Assembly (NCBI GenBank): GCA_964471255.1 | Contig: CAYYFB010000002.1 | Coordinates: 106,283-170,282, forward strand | Direction of reading: 5' to 3' | Origin: Candidatus Woesearchaeota archaeon | GTDB lineage: Archaea; Nanobdellota; Nanobdellia; CAYMVK01; CAYYFB01 | Length of the DNA: 64,000 nt | Part shown: positions 38,110 through 47,056 of the stretch, piece by piece | Layout: each line of letters opens with the position of its first letter | Position numbering within the stretch: position 1 is the first letter of the stretch | Program-made: the position numbers and the translations under genes | The notes under the pieces: model-generated | Seen by the model: only the letters and a program-made list of their open reading frames with translations | Told to the model about the DNA's origin: nothing | Database searches by the model: none

Positions 38110-38365
38110 TCCAGTCCCTGGTTATATTTCCATATCCCTCTTCAAGAGGGAGGAATAAAACCAATCCTTTCTTTTCGTTTATCCCATAAATATCTAATAT
38201 TTCCACCTCCGGAATTACCCCTTTTAAGCCTCTTTCTATACTCTTTTTTCCCGTCGCTGCAGCCTTTCTTATAATAGAAGAAAAGGTATAGAAAGTTGTA
38301 ACTGAGACCGAAATGATTATTATTACGATTAGAATTGAAGAAATAACTGGAGATATTGCTCTCAT
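38063..38365 (-). CDS. Archaeal type IV pilin-like (class III signal peptide) N-terminal fragment, running into the start of a LamG domain
   Basis: MRAISPVISSILIVIIIISVSVTTF is a pilin/archaellin-type signal. The C-terminus ...DWSGNGNDGIFYGG is the usual lead-in to a LamG_3 domain. Confidence 0.6.
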   Translation of the reverse strand: MRAISPVISSILIVIIIISVSVTTFYTFSSIIRKAAATGKKSIERGLKGVIPEVEILDIYGINEKKGLVLFLPLEEGYGNITRDWSGNGNDGIFYGGSPK

Positions 38366-38844
38366 AACAATTACTTTTCAAAATTTCTCATATACCTTTT
38401 GGCCATTACTAGCAATTAATCTCTTTTTTCTCAATTTTTATCCCTGTAAATGGCTTCCTTAAATTTTATTTTACAAAAACTTATGCAATTGATTGTTTCT
38501 ACCTTAATATGTTCGTTCTTCTCCTAAAGTTCCAGATTTTATGCTTCTTAACAAATTAAGAAAATGTAAAGGCTTATTTATATTGAGACAAGTGTATCAA
38601 AAGTGTTGATACAGATATACCAACATTTACTAAGACCTTTTCAACTGTTATATAAAGCTTGAAAACATAAAAAGATACAAAGCAGAAAAAAGAAATACCC
38701 TGGAAAAATAGGGAAAGATAAATTTAGAAAGATTGGAAGGACTGTTTCTTAGTAAGTTCAAGCGTTTTAGATAAGTTCTTAAATATTCTGAAAGAATGTG
38801 ATGCAAAGCATTCGCTTCTCAGAATATTTATGGAATAAAGCTAC

Positions 38845-40035
38845 CTAAAAACTGAAACGGGTAATTACCTTTTGATTTTTCTCAGAAAATAAGTTCAAGA
38901 GAAACTCAGGTATGCTATCTTTATCTAGTAACATAGCCTTTGATGAATGCTTCCTCTTTGCTTTTTTCTTTATTTCTATCCTTAAGTCTCCGGCTATGCA
39001 ATCTATTTCATAGTTGTTTTTATAATAATATATCTCTCCAAACTTTCTAAGCAAATGTTCCTGAACTACCCATTCCAGTAAGATTTCCTCTCTGGCTTCT
39101 AACCCGGTCAAGCTAAATATAGATCTTGCTATAAAGGGATCTCTTAGCATTACTTTCTTCTCTTTTCTAAAAATAACGTGAGGTCCTTCTTTTAAATATA
39201 TTATTTTCAAAATAAACAAATCTTCCATTAGGCCTAAATATTCTCTAACAGTTACATGGCTAATTCTTAATTCTGAAGCTATTGAATGATAAGATAGTGC
39301 GGATGGAGCCTTTCTTGCTACTTCATATAGTATTTCTCTGGCTAATTTAAAATCCTTTCCAATTTTTGTTATTTCCCTATCTACGCTAAGGAAAAAATCG
39401 ATTGAGAATTGTTTGTCCCTATTAATGCTCCTTGGAAAACCTCCAACATTTAAATATTCAGAAAATGCTTTTCTAAGCTCATAACCATACTTTTTATATC
39501 CTTTTACTTCAAGGAAATCTGGAAAAGATAATGGAAGGACATTTATTTTCCTTCCTTTTCCTCTACGCCCAGGAAAGGCTTCGTAAAATTTAAATAGCTT
39601 TACAGAAGAGGATCCAGAAACTATAATTACATGAGTATTAAATCTTCCAAGATCAATATACCCCTTAACTATTTTCCACCAATATTCTAAAGATGTTACC
39701 TCATCTAGTATTAATATCCCACTATCAACCTTATCAAGATAATAATCAACCGCTTCCTTTAGCTCCTTTAGAGTTGGAAATAGATCACAATTTATATAGA
39801 AAATATTCTTTGGATCATACCCACTTTCTATCAATTTTTTTATTAGGAGCTTCAATCCTGTTGTTTTTCCAACTTGCCTTGGTCCTATTACAAAATTAAG
39901 GGAAAAAGGTTCTAAGGAGATATTATTAATCCAATTAGGTATCCATCTAATCTCATTTTTCTCCCAGCTTTTTATATCATTATCTTCCCTTTCCCATTTG
40001 TCACTATACCACCACGGATTCATCTCTTCTAACAT
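38845..40035 (-). CDS. AAA-type ATPase (COG1373-like, AAA_14 + DUF4143)
   Basis: N-terminal NPWW motif, Walker A GPRQVGKTT, Walker B ILILDEV. Confidence 0.8.
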   Translation of the reverse strand: MLEEMNPWWYSDKWEREDNDIKSWEKNEIRWIPNWINNISLEPFSLNFVIGPRQVGKTTGLKLLIKKLIESGYDPKNIFYINCDLFPTLKELKEAVDYYLDKVDSGILILDEVTSLEYWWKIVKGYIDLGRFNTHVIIVSGSSSVKLFKFYEAFPGRRGKGRKINVLPLSFPDFLEVKGYKKYGYELRKAFSEYLNVGGFPRSINRDKQFSIDFFLSVDREITKIGKDFKLAREILYEVARKAPSALSYHSIASELRISHVTVREYLGLMEDLFILKIIYLKEGPHVIFRKEKKVMLRDPFIARSIFSLTGLEAREEILLEWVVQEHLLRKFGEIYYYKNNYEIDCIAGDLRIEIKKKAKRKHSSKAMLLDKDSIPEFLLNLFSEKNQKVITRFSF

Positions 40036-40055
40036 ATTGACAATGTATTGTCAAT
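40036..40055 (-). promoter_or_regulatory. Perfect 9-bp inverted repeat abutting the ATPase start codon, just downstream of a TATA-like box
   Basis: ATTGACAAT-gt-ATTGTCAAT at 40036-40055. The gene's ATG is at 40035-40033. TTTTTAAATAT (minus sense) lies at about 40055-40068. Confidence 0.45.
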
Positions 40056-40209
40056 ATATTTAAAAACCTTTGACACTACAATATCAAAGATTTATTAAGG
40101 CCTAAGCACCTGGGATACTGGAACGGGACATTTTCGAAATGGCTATTGAAAATTTTCATCAAAAAATTCAAGCCACTCCAGTCATATTAATTGCCTAAAA
40201 AGTAATCAA

Positions 40210-40770
40210 CTATTCTTTGCTTTCATATTCCTCTCTAAGTATCTCAAAAACCAGACTATCTTGGTAGCCTGCTCCAGGAACCCATTCATGTTTCCGCATC
40301 CTCCCAACCAACTTAAATCCATTTTTCTCAAGTACTCTAATGGATGCCTTATTTCCCTCAATTACCCCGGCCCAGACCTTGTTAAGGTTGAGATATTCAA
40401 ATGCGTATTTTAACATTAATCTAACAGCCTCAGTTGCATATCCTTTACCCCAATATTCTTTCCCTATCCAACACTCTATTTCAGCGCTCCTGGAGACCCA
40501 TCTTATCCCGTAAAGCCCTATTAAACCAACCAGTTCATTCGATTCTTTTTCAATTATGGCCAATATTATTTCCTCCTTCCTATTTTTGTTTTCAATAATC
40601 TCTTCATAAAATTTCTCCTCATCTTCATAAAATACTGGGAAATTTGATCTTGGCTCTCCTAAATGTCTTCTTAACTCCCATTTCCCATAATATTCATAAA
40701 TCTTCTTTATATCCTTGCGTTCTGGAGTGGCTAAACAAACTTTTTCTCCTTCTAAAACTATATGTCTCAT
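40210..40770 (-). CDS. GNAT N-acetyltransferase (RimJ/RimL-like)
   Basis: ECWIGKEYWGKGYATEAVRLMLKYAF...NLNKVWAGVIEGNKASIRVLEKNGF. Confidence 0.85.
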   Translation of the reverse strand: MRHIVLEGEKVCLATPERKDIKKIYEYYGKWELRRHLGEPRSNFPVFYEDEEKFYEEIIENKNRKEEIILAIIEKESNELVGLIGLYGIRWVSRSAEIECWIGKEYWGKGYATEAVRLMLKYAFEYLNLNKVWAGVIEGNKASIRVLEKNGFKLVGRMRKHEWVPGAGYQDSLVFEILREEYESKE

Positions 40771-40840
40771 AATTATGATAGTAATAGAAAGTGATTTACC
40801 AAAAAGACTTAGAGAATATCTCTAGGATCTAATAACTATT

Positions 40841-41722
40841 ATGAAGAAGATTTTTAAACCACATGAAGGAAAGCTAGTAGAAGTAACCGAACCTCTTCCT
40901 ACCTCTATACTTTTCTATTTTAAGCCTAATGAAAAAGAGGTAGAGGAAATTTCTAGAGAATATAAAATATCAAAGGATGAAATAGTTTCCCTCCAGGATC
41001 CTTACGAACTGCCTAGCTTTGAAAAGGAAAAGGGATATTCCTTTTGCGTGTTTATAGTACCTGTTAAAACTAATAGAGAAGTAGAAACAAGACCTTTGGG
41101 GATATTATTAAAGGATAGGCAAGTTGTTCTCATTAGCTATTTTAAAGAAATAGGGAAGGATTACTTGCCCTCCAATATAGATTTCTTCCTGCCCAATTTT
41201 CTGGAGCGGGTAGCAAAGGAATATTCAAAGCTTATAGAAGAATTAGGAAGGAAAATGTATGAGATTCAAGAATCTATAAGAACAACCACTACAAATGAAA
41301 GACTATTTGATCTATTTCTAATTAATAAGGCATTAACCTATATCCTGACTTCCATAAAATCAAATTTAGGGATAATTAGGAAAATAGAAGAGAGCGCTCC
41401 AGAACTGCTTAATGGGAAAATAACGGATATAATCGAGGAATTTGAACAAGCAATTTCTCTAGCTGAGGTTAGGTTAAATGTCCTGTCTGGGATGATTGGA
41501 ACATCCGCATCAATTATTTCAAATAACATTAGCCAAATAATGAGGGTTCTTACTGCAGTTACTATAGTATTGACAATTCCAACCCTTGTTAGCACAATCT
41601 ATGGAATGAATGTTCTACTCCCGCTCCAGCTCAACCCCTCTGCCTTTTATATTCTCCTAGGAATTTCATTTTTACTTTCTGGCTTGGTTTATCTTTTCTT
41701 CAGACTAAAAGGTATTTTATGA
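40841..41722 (+). CDS. corA: CorA-family magnesium transporter
   Basis: C-terminal two TM helices with the YGMN motif (STIYGMNVLLP). Confidence 0.85.
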   Translation: MKKIFKPHEGKLVEVTEPLPTSILFYFKPNEKEVEEISREYKISKDEIVSLQDPYELPSFEKEKGYSFCVFIVPVKTNREVETRPLGILLKDRQVVLISYFKEIGKDYLPSNIDFFLPNFLERVAKEYSKLIEELGRKMYEIQESIRTTTTNERLFDLFLINKALTYILTSIKSNLGIIRKIEESAPELLNGKITDIIEEFEQAISLAEVRLNVLSGMIGTSASIISNNISQIMRVLTAVTIVLTIPTLVSTIYGMNVLLPLQLNPSAFYILLGISFLLSGLVYLFFRLKGIL

Positions 41723-42393
41723 TTATAATGGTCTTTGGATTAGCAGGATCTGGAAAGTCCACTTTAATCTCAAAAATGAAAGGAAAGAAAATAAATCTAG
41801 ACCCTGGAGCGCGAGTTTTGCCTTATATTCCAGATATTAATGTTAGGGACAAAGTAAGGATAGAGCATATAATGGAAGGATATGGATTGGGGCCAAACTC
41901 AGCATTTATTCAGGCTTTCTCTGAGATTTCAGAAAACTTTGAAATAAATGATGAACCTGATTATGTTTGGGTAGATATGCCAGGTCAATTTGAGGTTTAT
42001 TATCTCTATGACTTTGAATTCATAAAAGGAAGAAAAGTTGGGCTTTATTTAATGGATTCAAAGAGAGATTTAGAGTGGAAAAACTTTTTAATGGATCACT
42101 TGCTTTTTATGGTTCTCTTTTTCAAATTTGATTTTCCTTTGCTTAGAGTTTTTAGTAAGGCAGATCTGCTAACAGAAGATGAACTTGATTTGCTAACCGG
42201 TTGGTGTTTAGGAGAGGATATACCGAAAGAAGAAGGTATGCTTGGAAATATACTTGAAGATTTAAGAAAATTACTTCAAGATTTCTATATTTACCAAAGG
42301 CCTATTTTTATTAGCGCCTATGATAAGGAGTCTTTAGAGGAATTGTTAAAATTCATAGAAGAAAGTCTTTGCACTTGCGGTGATATGACTTAG
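41719..42393 (+). CDS. GPN-loop GTPase
   Basis: VFGLAGSGKSTL, NLDPGA, GLGPNSA (GPN motif), VDMPGQFE. Confidence 0.8.
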   Translation: MIIMVFGLAGSGKSTLISKMKGKKINLDPGARVLPYIPDINVRDKVRIEHIMEGYGLGPNSAFIQAFSEISENFEINDEPDYVWVDMPGQFEVYYLYDFEFIKGRKVGLYLMDSKRDLEWKNFLMDHLLFMVLFFKFDFPLLRVFSKADLLTEDELDLLTGWCLGEDIPKEEGMLGNILEDLRKLLQDFYIYQRPIFISAYDKESLEELLKFIEESLCTCGDMT

Positions 42394-42537
42394 CTAATGT
42401 TATTATCATTTCTAATGAAACTCTTCATTAATTTGACAAGAAATAATGAACTACATGAAAATATCAATTAAGCCTTAACAGAAAAGGGCTGTATTCTCAA
42501 ATGCAAAGAGCTGTTTATAAACTTCTTTATACAAAGA

Positions 42538-42747
42538 TTGATAAACAGTATGAAAAAGACCCTTACCATTGAATTAGAAAAAGCATCAGAGGAACTAATA
42601 AAAAATATCTGTAATAGACTAGCAAGGGATATATACTATATATTATTGTTTATGAAGTACATTAAGGAGATAGAGGAATCAAAAGGAGAATTAATAGAGA
42701 TAGATGAATTTTGTAAATACATTGAAAAGAGTTTACTTAGAAAGTAG
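42538..42747 (+). CDS. Small hypothetical protein
   Basis: 69-aa ORF convergent with, and overlapping, the RelE-like gene. Weak. Confidence 0.25.
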   Translation: MINSMKKTLTIELEKASEELIKNICNRLARDIYYILLFMKYIKEIEESKGELIEIDEFCKYIEKSLLRK

Positions 42748-43053
42748 CTCCAAAAGATCTTTATATAATAGACTTGAGATTTTCTCAATAACTTTCTCTT
42801 GCTTTTTCTTGTGTACCCAATCTACTATGTAAAGTATTTTCCTTTTTGTGTCAAGCACGGCATACAGTCTGTAAGGTGGTCTATGCACTTTCTCCTCTAA
42901 CAGAATATAGTTGCCAGCCTTAAGAAGCCTCTTCATCCCCCTAACCCCTACCTCTTTTATCTTCTTGATTTTTTTCAACAATATTGCTAACTGTTTTCTG
43001 TCTTTTATCTTTGATATTCTTTCCTGAAAGTGTTTAGTAATCAGAACTCTCAA
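42733..43053 (-). CDS. RelE/ParE-like toxin
   Basis: ...HRPPYRLYAVLDTKRKILYIVDWVHKKK resembles the RelE-family C-terminus. TTG start preceded by GGAGG. No full-length antitoxin ORF upstream. Confidence 0.55.
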   Translation of the reverse strand: MRVLITKHFQERISKIKDRKQLAILLKKIKKIKEVGVRGMKRLLKAGNYILLEEKVHRPPYRLYAVLDTKRKILYIVDWVHKKKQEKVIEKISSLLYKDLLELLSK

Positions 43054-43126
43054 GTCTTATCCCTCCTCCCTAAATATTTTTCTCAGCTTGTGCTTGTGAG
43101 CTATCTCCTGTTCCATGGCACACGGC

Positions 43127-43474
43127 TTAAAGCCTAATTTCCCTTATATCTTTTCCTACCATTTTTGAATAAAATGAATTGAATTGTTCTGGAGTGGCCA
43201 GATGAAATTCAAATGGTTTTGCAAAATATTTTTCTCCAAGTTCCAAATATACCTTTCTCCTTAATTCCTTGTCCTTGAATTTATCCGAAACAATTAGGAC
43301 ATCTATATCGCTTAAGCCTATGGAATAATCTCCTCTAACTATGCTTCCAAACAGAAAAATTCTAAATTCCTTTATCCCATTCTTTTTTAAAATCTTTTTA
43401 ACTCCTCTTAAATATTTCAAAGGATTTTCAAAGTATTTCTTATTTTCTTCATATCTTGCTCTTAAGATTTCCAT
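43127..43474 (-). CDS. Minimal nucleotidyltransferase (MNT, pair 2)
   Basis: IFLFGSIVRGDYSIGLSDIDVLIV. Confidence 0.8.
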   Translation of the reverse strand: MEILRARYEENKKYFENPLKYLRGVKKILKKNGIKEFRIFLFGSIVRGDYSIGLSDIDVLIVSDKFKDKELRRKVYLELGEKYFAKPFEFHLATPEQFNSFYSKMVGKDIREIRL

Positions 43475-43842
43475 AACAATCCAATCAATTTTTGATATAA
43501 TTCCTTAGCTTTCTCAACGCTTTCTTTATCAAAAGTTTCTGGGAGGTATCTGCTTGAAATATATGCGCGTTCCAGTTCTGCAATTGTTCTTTTATACTGA
43601 CTAACTACTTCTTTTATATCTCTCTTCTTCATGACTTTTGATAGATCATGCAGAAGTTTTGAGAGTTTATGAGTTTTCTCGAAAAATCCTGTAAGATCAA
43701 GGAGTTTTGCCTTAACTATGAGCTGAATTGCCTGTTCTAAACAGAACATTGCCATTTCATATTGTTTATCCTTTTCGCTTTTCTTAGCTAGCTCAAAGAA
43801 ATATTTCCCCCGCTCCAGAAGAAGCTTTATTTCTTCTCTCAT
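43462..43842 (-). CDS. HEPN domain protein (pair 2)
   Basis: FCLEQAIQLIVKAKL...HKLSKLL...YISSRYLP. Overlaps the MNT gene by 13 nt and the aspS stop by 4 nt. Confidence 0.75.
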   Translation of the reverse strand: MREEIKLLLERGKYFFELAKKSEKDKQYEMAMFCLEQAIQLIVKAKLLDLTGFFEKTHKLSKLLHDLSKVMKKRDIKEVVSQYKRTIAELERAYISSRYLPETFDKESVEKAKELYQKLIGLLWKS

Positions 43843-45143
43843 GGTTTCACGCGCTCCGGATCCCTTGGAAACATCACTACCTCCCTAATGTTTGTAGTTC
43901 CAACTAATTGCATCATAAATCTATCCAATCCAAAACCAAATCCTCCATGGGGTGGCATTCCATATTTAAAGGCCTCTAAATACCAGTCAATTTTTTCAAT
44001 ACTAACCCCTTTCTCCTTCGCCTGCTCCAGAAGTTTTTCATATCTATGCTCTCTTTGGGATCCAGTAATTATTTCAAGCCCAAGGAATAGTAAGTCAAAT
44101 CCTTTTGTTACTGAAGGATCAGACTCTTTTCTCATATGATAAAATGGCTTATGCTTCCATCCATATTCTTCAACAAAGACAAATGGGATTCCTTTCAACC
44201 AGAAGTAGTTCCCAAGCAATTTTTCTTCTTCCCAACTTATATCTAGTTCTTCCTCAGCCTCCTTCCCATACTCTTTTTTTATTAACTTATGAGCATCCCT
44301 TACTGTAATTCTTTCGAAAACTGGAGCGGGCAGTTTGATATCTAGCTCCTTTATAGTCTCATTATTCTCTAGATTTTCTATCGTATATTTTAACCAATCC
44401 TCAATTATCTTCTCTATGTCCCTATGATCTTTGATAAAAGCTATTTCTGCATCAATTCCATAGAATTCGCATAAATGTCTTGTGGTAAAATGGGGTTCCG
44501 CCCTCCAGACTGGAGCGGTTATGAAAACTTTTTCAAATCCACAGGCTATTGCATACTGTTTAAATAACTGGGGGCTTTGAGTTAGGTAAGCTTCCTTATC
44601 AAAATAAACAATTGGAAATACTTCCGCCCCTCCTTCTGGAGCTTCAAGCGTTATTGATGAGGGATTTATTTCAATAAAATCATTCTCATAAAACCAATCT
44701 CTCATTGTCCTCAGGACTTCTGATCTTAATTTAAAAATAAGGAAATTTCTTCTATTTCTTAAATCAAGAAACCTATAATCTAGTCTCTTTGCTAGGGAAG
44801 TATTTGGATTGTAAATATCAATAGGTAAGGGCTGACTTTCTGCTATTACTTCAAACTCATTCACTAAAACTTCATGATGTCCAGTTTTCATTGCAGGATT
44901 TGGAGCCTTTCTCCTTACGACCTTTCCTTTAACTCTAATTAATGATTCATCCCTGATTTTCTTTATCCTTTCTGCAAGCTTATCTTTAAAAACTAGTTGA
45001 CAGGCTCCAGAACTATCTCTCAAAACTAGAAAAACAATTTTTCCTAGAATTCTTTTACTTCTTATCCATCCTATTAGCTCTACCTCACTACCTTCATGAA
45101 AGGGGATTTCTGAACAGTAAATCCTGGGCCCGATTTTTCTCAC
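43839..45143 (-). CDS. aspS: Aspartyl-tRNA synthetase, archaeal type
   Basis: OB-fold N-terminus (VELIGWIRSKRILGKIVFLVLRDSSG), class II motifs (FRAE-like WRAEPHFTTRH, GGFGFGLDR), 434 aa. Confidence 0.92.
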   Translation of the reverse strand: MRKIGPRIYCSEIPFHEGSEVELIGWIRSKRILGKIVFLVLRDSSGACQLVFKDKLAERIKKIRDESLIRVKGKVVRRKAPNPAMKTGHHEVLVNEFEVIAESQPLPIDIYNPNTSLAKRLDYRFLDLRNRRNFLIFKLRSEVLRTMRDWFYENDFIEINPSSITLEAPEGGAEVFPIVYFDKEAYLTQSPQLFKQYAIACGFEKVFITAPVWRAEPHFTTRHLCEFYGIDAEIAFIKDHRDIEKIIEDWLKYTIENLENNETIKELDIKLPAPVFERITVRDAHKLIKKEYGKEAEEELDISWEEEKLLGNYFWLKGIPFVFVEEYGWKHKPFYHMRKESDPSVTKGFDLLFLGLEIITGSQREHRYEKLLEQAKEKGVSIEKIDWYLEAFKYGMPPHGGFGFGLDRFMMQLVGTTNIREVVMFPRDPERVKP

Positions 45144-45150
45144 CTAATAA

Positions 45151-46983
45151 TCATTTCAAACTCCCTATATATTTAAATATTTCCCTACCATCAATCCTTT
45201 TTCCATACTTTCTTATCAGTTCCCCTATTATCTTGTTTATCTGATCCTTTCCGTATTTCTTAATTAGCTCCTCAATTTCTCCTTTAATTTTTTCTAAAGG
45301 TATTTTTCCAAGTTCTTTTATTACTTCGTCTTCACTCTTTCCATTAATTAACATCCAATAAGCCTTGTAAAAATTGTCTTTAGATATTTTTCCAGCGGAG
45401 AAAAGGGAAAATGTTTTTATAAATATTTTCTCATCAAATTCAAATTTTCCAAAATCTTTCTTTACAAGGGTATCTATAGATAAAAGCAATTGGGCAATTA
45501 GGTTTGGATCCTCTCCAGAAATGCTTACCAACTCTTCAAAAACTCCCTCCCTATCTTTGCTAATTAGTGCTTTTATTATTTCTTCCCTAACTCCATATTC
45601 ACTCGCCATTCTTTTTATTTTTTCAAATATTGGTTCTGGAATGCTTACTTTTGCTATTTCAATTAATTCAGCTGGATCTATTGGAGGTAAATCGGTTTCA
45701 GGATACATCCTTGCCGCTCCAGGCAATGGTCTTAAAAAAGTTGTTGTTCCATCTGGGTTTGCTTTTCTTACTTCTTTTGGTACTCCCTCCAGGCATTGAC
45801 ATAGCCTTTCTTTTAGAATTAGAAAGCATCTTTTAACTCTTTCTTCTGGACCGGCAATTAAAATAAATCCATCCTGATCAGAACAAAATAATTTCTCTTT
45901 TATTTCCTTAACTTTTTCTGGAGCGAAATATTTTTCAGCCTCATCTGAATGAATTAATCCTTTTAATCCAAAAGCTACTACGATATCTGCTAATTCTCTC
46001 CCAAATCTTTTTCCAGGCTGTATTTCAAAATTGAATAAACCTCTAAACTTAGGAACTTTTATTGCAAGTATTTTCCCTTCTTTTAAAAGTCTCTTTGAGA
46101 ATTTATCCTCCCATTTCTGGAGCAGCGAAGTAATATCTTTTATTTCTTCCTTTCTTATCTCCTCCTTAGTTAATCCTCTCTGGAGCAGCCCATTTTTTAG
46201 CTTTAATAAAGAAAGCTGCCGTATTACCTCATATTCTACTATTTTTGGAATTAGTCCTAGATCTTGTACCCCCTTTATTTCAACTCTTGCTCCTCCCTCA
46301 ATTGAAACATTAACATCCTGCCTTATGGTCCCAATTCCCCGCTTAACTCTAAAGCTTCTAAGGAACAGCCCAATATACTCAGCAACTTTTCTAGCCTCCT
46401 CCGGATCTTGGATTACCGGGTCTGTCCTTATCTCAACTAAAGGAATTCCTAATCTGTCTAGGGCAAAATATACTCTCTCCCCTTCCTCCTTAATTTTCCT
46501 TCCAGAATCTTCCTCAAGACAAATAGTCCCTATAGGAATTTTCTTTCCATTTACCTCAATCCAACCATTCATTCCAATTAATATTGTTCTTTGGAAACCA
46601 GAAGGAACAGATCCATCAACTATCGTCTTCCTCATTACACATAATATTTCAGGGATCTCACAATGCATGGCCAAAGCAATTCTTAAAGCTTCCAATAGAG
46701 CGTCCTTATCAGCCTCGTGTGGAGGCTCTTCATCAATATCTACCAAGCAATCAACCTCATCCCAGCAATAATAAATAACTTCTCTAGCCCTTGTCTCCTC
46801 AAATAAGGCTGCAATATCAATTTCTCTTAGCTCTCCAGGTACAGCCCTAAATAGCCTTTTTATTACCAGATCTGGCTTCCTATCCTTAACTATTCTGGAT
46901 GGGCACCTACAAAATAGTTTCCCGGTATCTAATTGTTGATGTATTTCGAATCCTACCTTAAGGCCAAGCTTTTGATAATCCAT
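45151..46983 (-). CDS. gatE: Glutamyl-tRNA(Gln) amidotransferase subunit E
   Basis: DYQKLGLKVGFEIHQQLDT...KLFC N-terminus, 610 aa with an insertion domain and a GatB/YqeY-like tail. Confidence 0.92.
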   Translation of the reverse strand: MDYQKLGLKVGFEIHQQLDTGKLFCRCPSRIVKDRKPDLVIKRLFRAVPGELREIDIAALFEETRAREVIYYCWDEVDCLVDIDEEPPHEADKDALLEALRIALAMHCEIPEILCVMRKTIVDGSVPSGFQRTILIGMNGWIEVNGKKIPIGTICLEEDSGRKIKEEGERVYFALDRLGIPLVEIRTDPVIQDPEEARKVAEYIGLFLRSFRVKRGIGTIRQDVNVSIEGGARVEIKGVQDLGLIPKIVEYEVIRQLSLLKLKNGLLQRGLTKEEIRKEEIKDITSLLQKWEDKFSKRLLKEGKILAIKVPKFRGLFNFEIQPGKRFGRELADIVVAFGLKGLIHSDEAEKYFAPEKVKEIKEKLFCSDQDGFILIAGPEERVKRCFLILKERLCQCLEGVPKEVRKANPDGTTTFLRPLPGAARMYPETDLPPIDPAELIEIAKVSIPEPIFEKIKRMASEYGVREEIIKALISKDREGVFEELVSISGEDPNLIAQLLLSIDTLVKKDFGKFEFDEKIFIKTFSLFSAGKISKDNFYKAYWMLINGKSEDEVIKELGKIPLEKIKGEIEELIKKYGKDQINKIIGELIRKYGKRIDGREIFKYIGSLK

Positions 46984-47056
46984 GTCAATTATTTAGCCTT
47001 ACAATTTTATTCCATTCATAGGAATTGAGGAATAGTTTTGTTCAAACTAATTCATT

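Noticed and set aside
38781-38831. A long imperfect hairpin (AAATATTCTGA...TCAGAATATTT with an inner GAATG/CATTC stem) just downstream of the ATPase gene, considered as a possible ncRNA or C/D sRNA because it contains GTGATGC and CTGA.
   Set aside because: Box order and spacing do not fit the C/D architecture. It is most simply a transcript-end stem-loop. It was not listed as a feature because archaeal termination does not require hairpins.
45374-46771. Long antisense ORFs inside gatE: 45374..45799, 45630..45836, 46031..46771 (246 aa) and 46584..46778.
   Set aside because: They lie opposite a full-length, motif-rich GatE gene. Their products are low-complexity (S/F/L/I-rich) with no recognisable motifs, which is the typical shadow-ORF signature of AT-rich genomes. 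The same reasoning applies to the other short antisense ORFs in the track (672..890, 1211..1399, 1703..1996, 10319..10510, 10891..11181, 20639..20926, 24060..24371, 27748..28050, 48215..48655, 50786..51163 and others).
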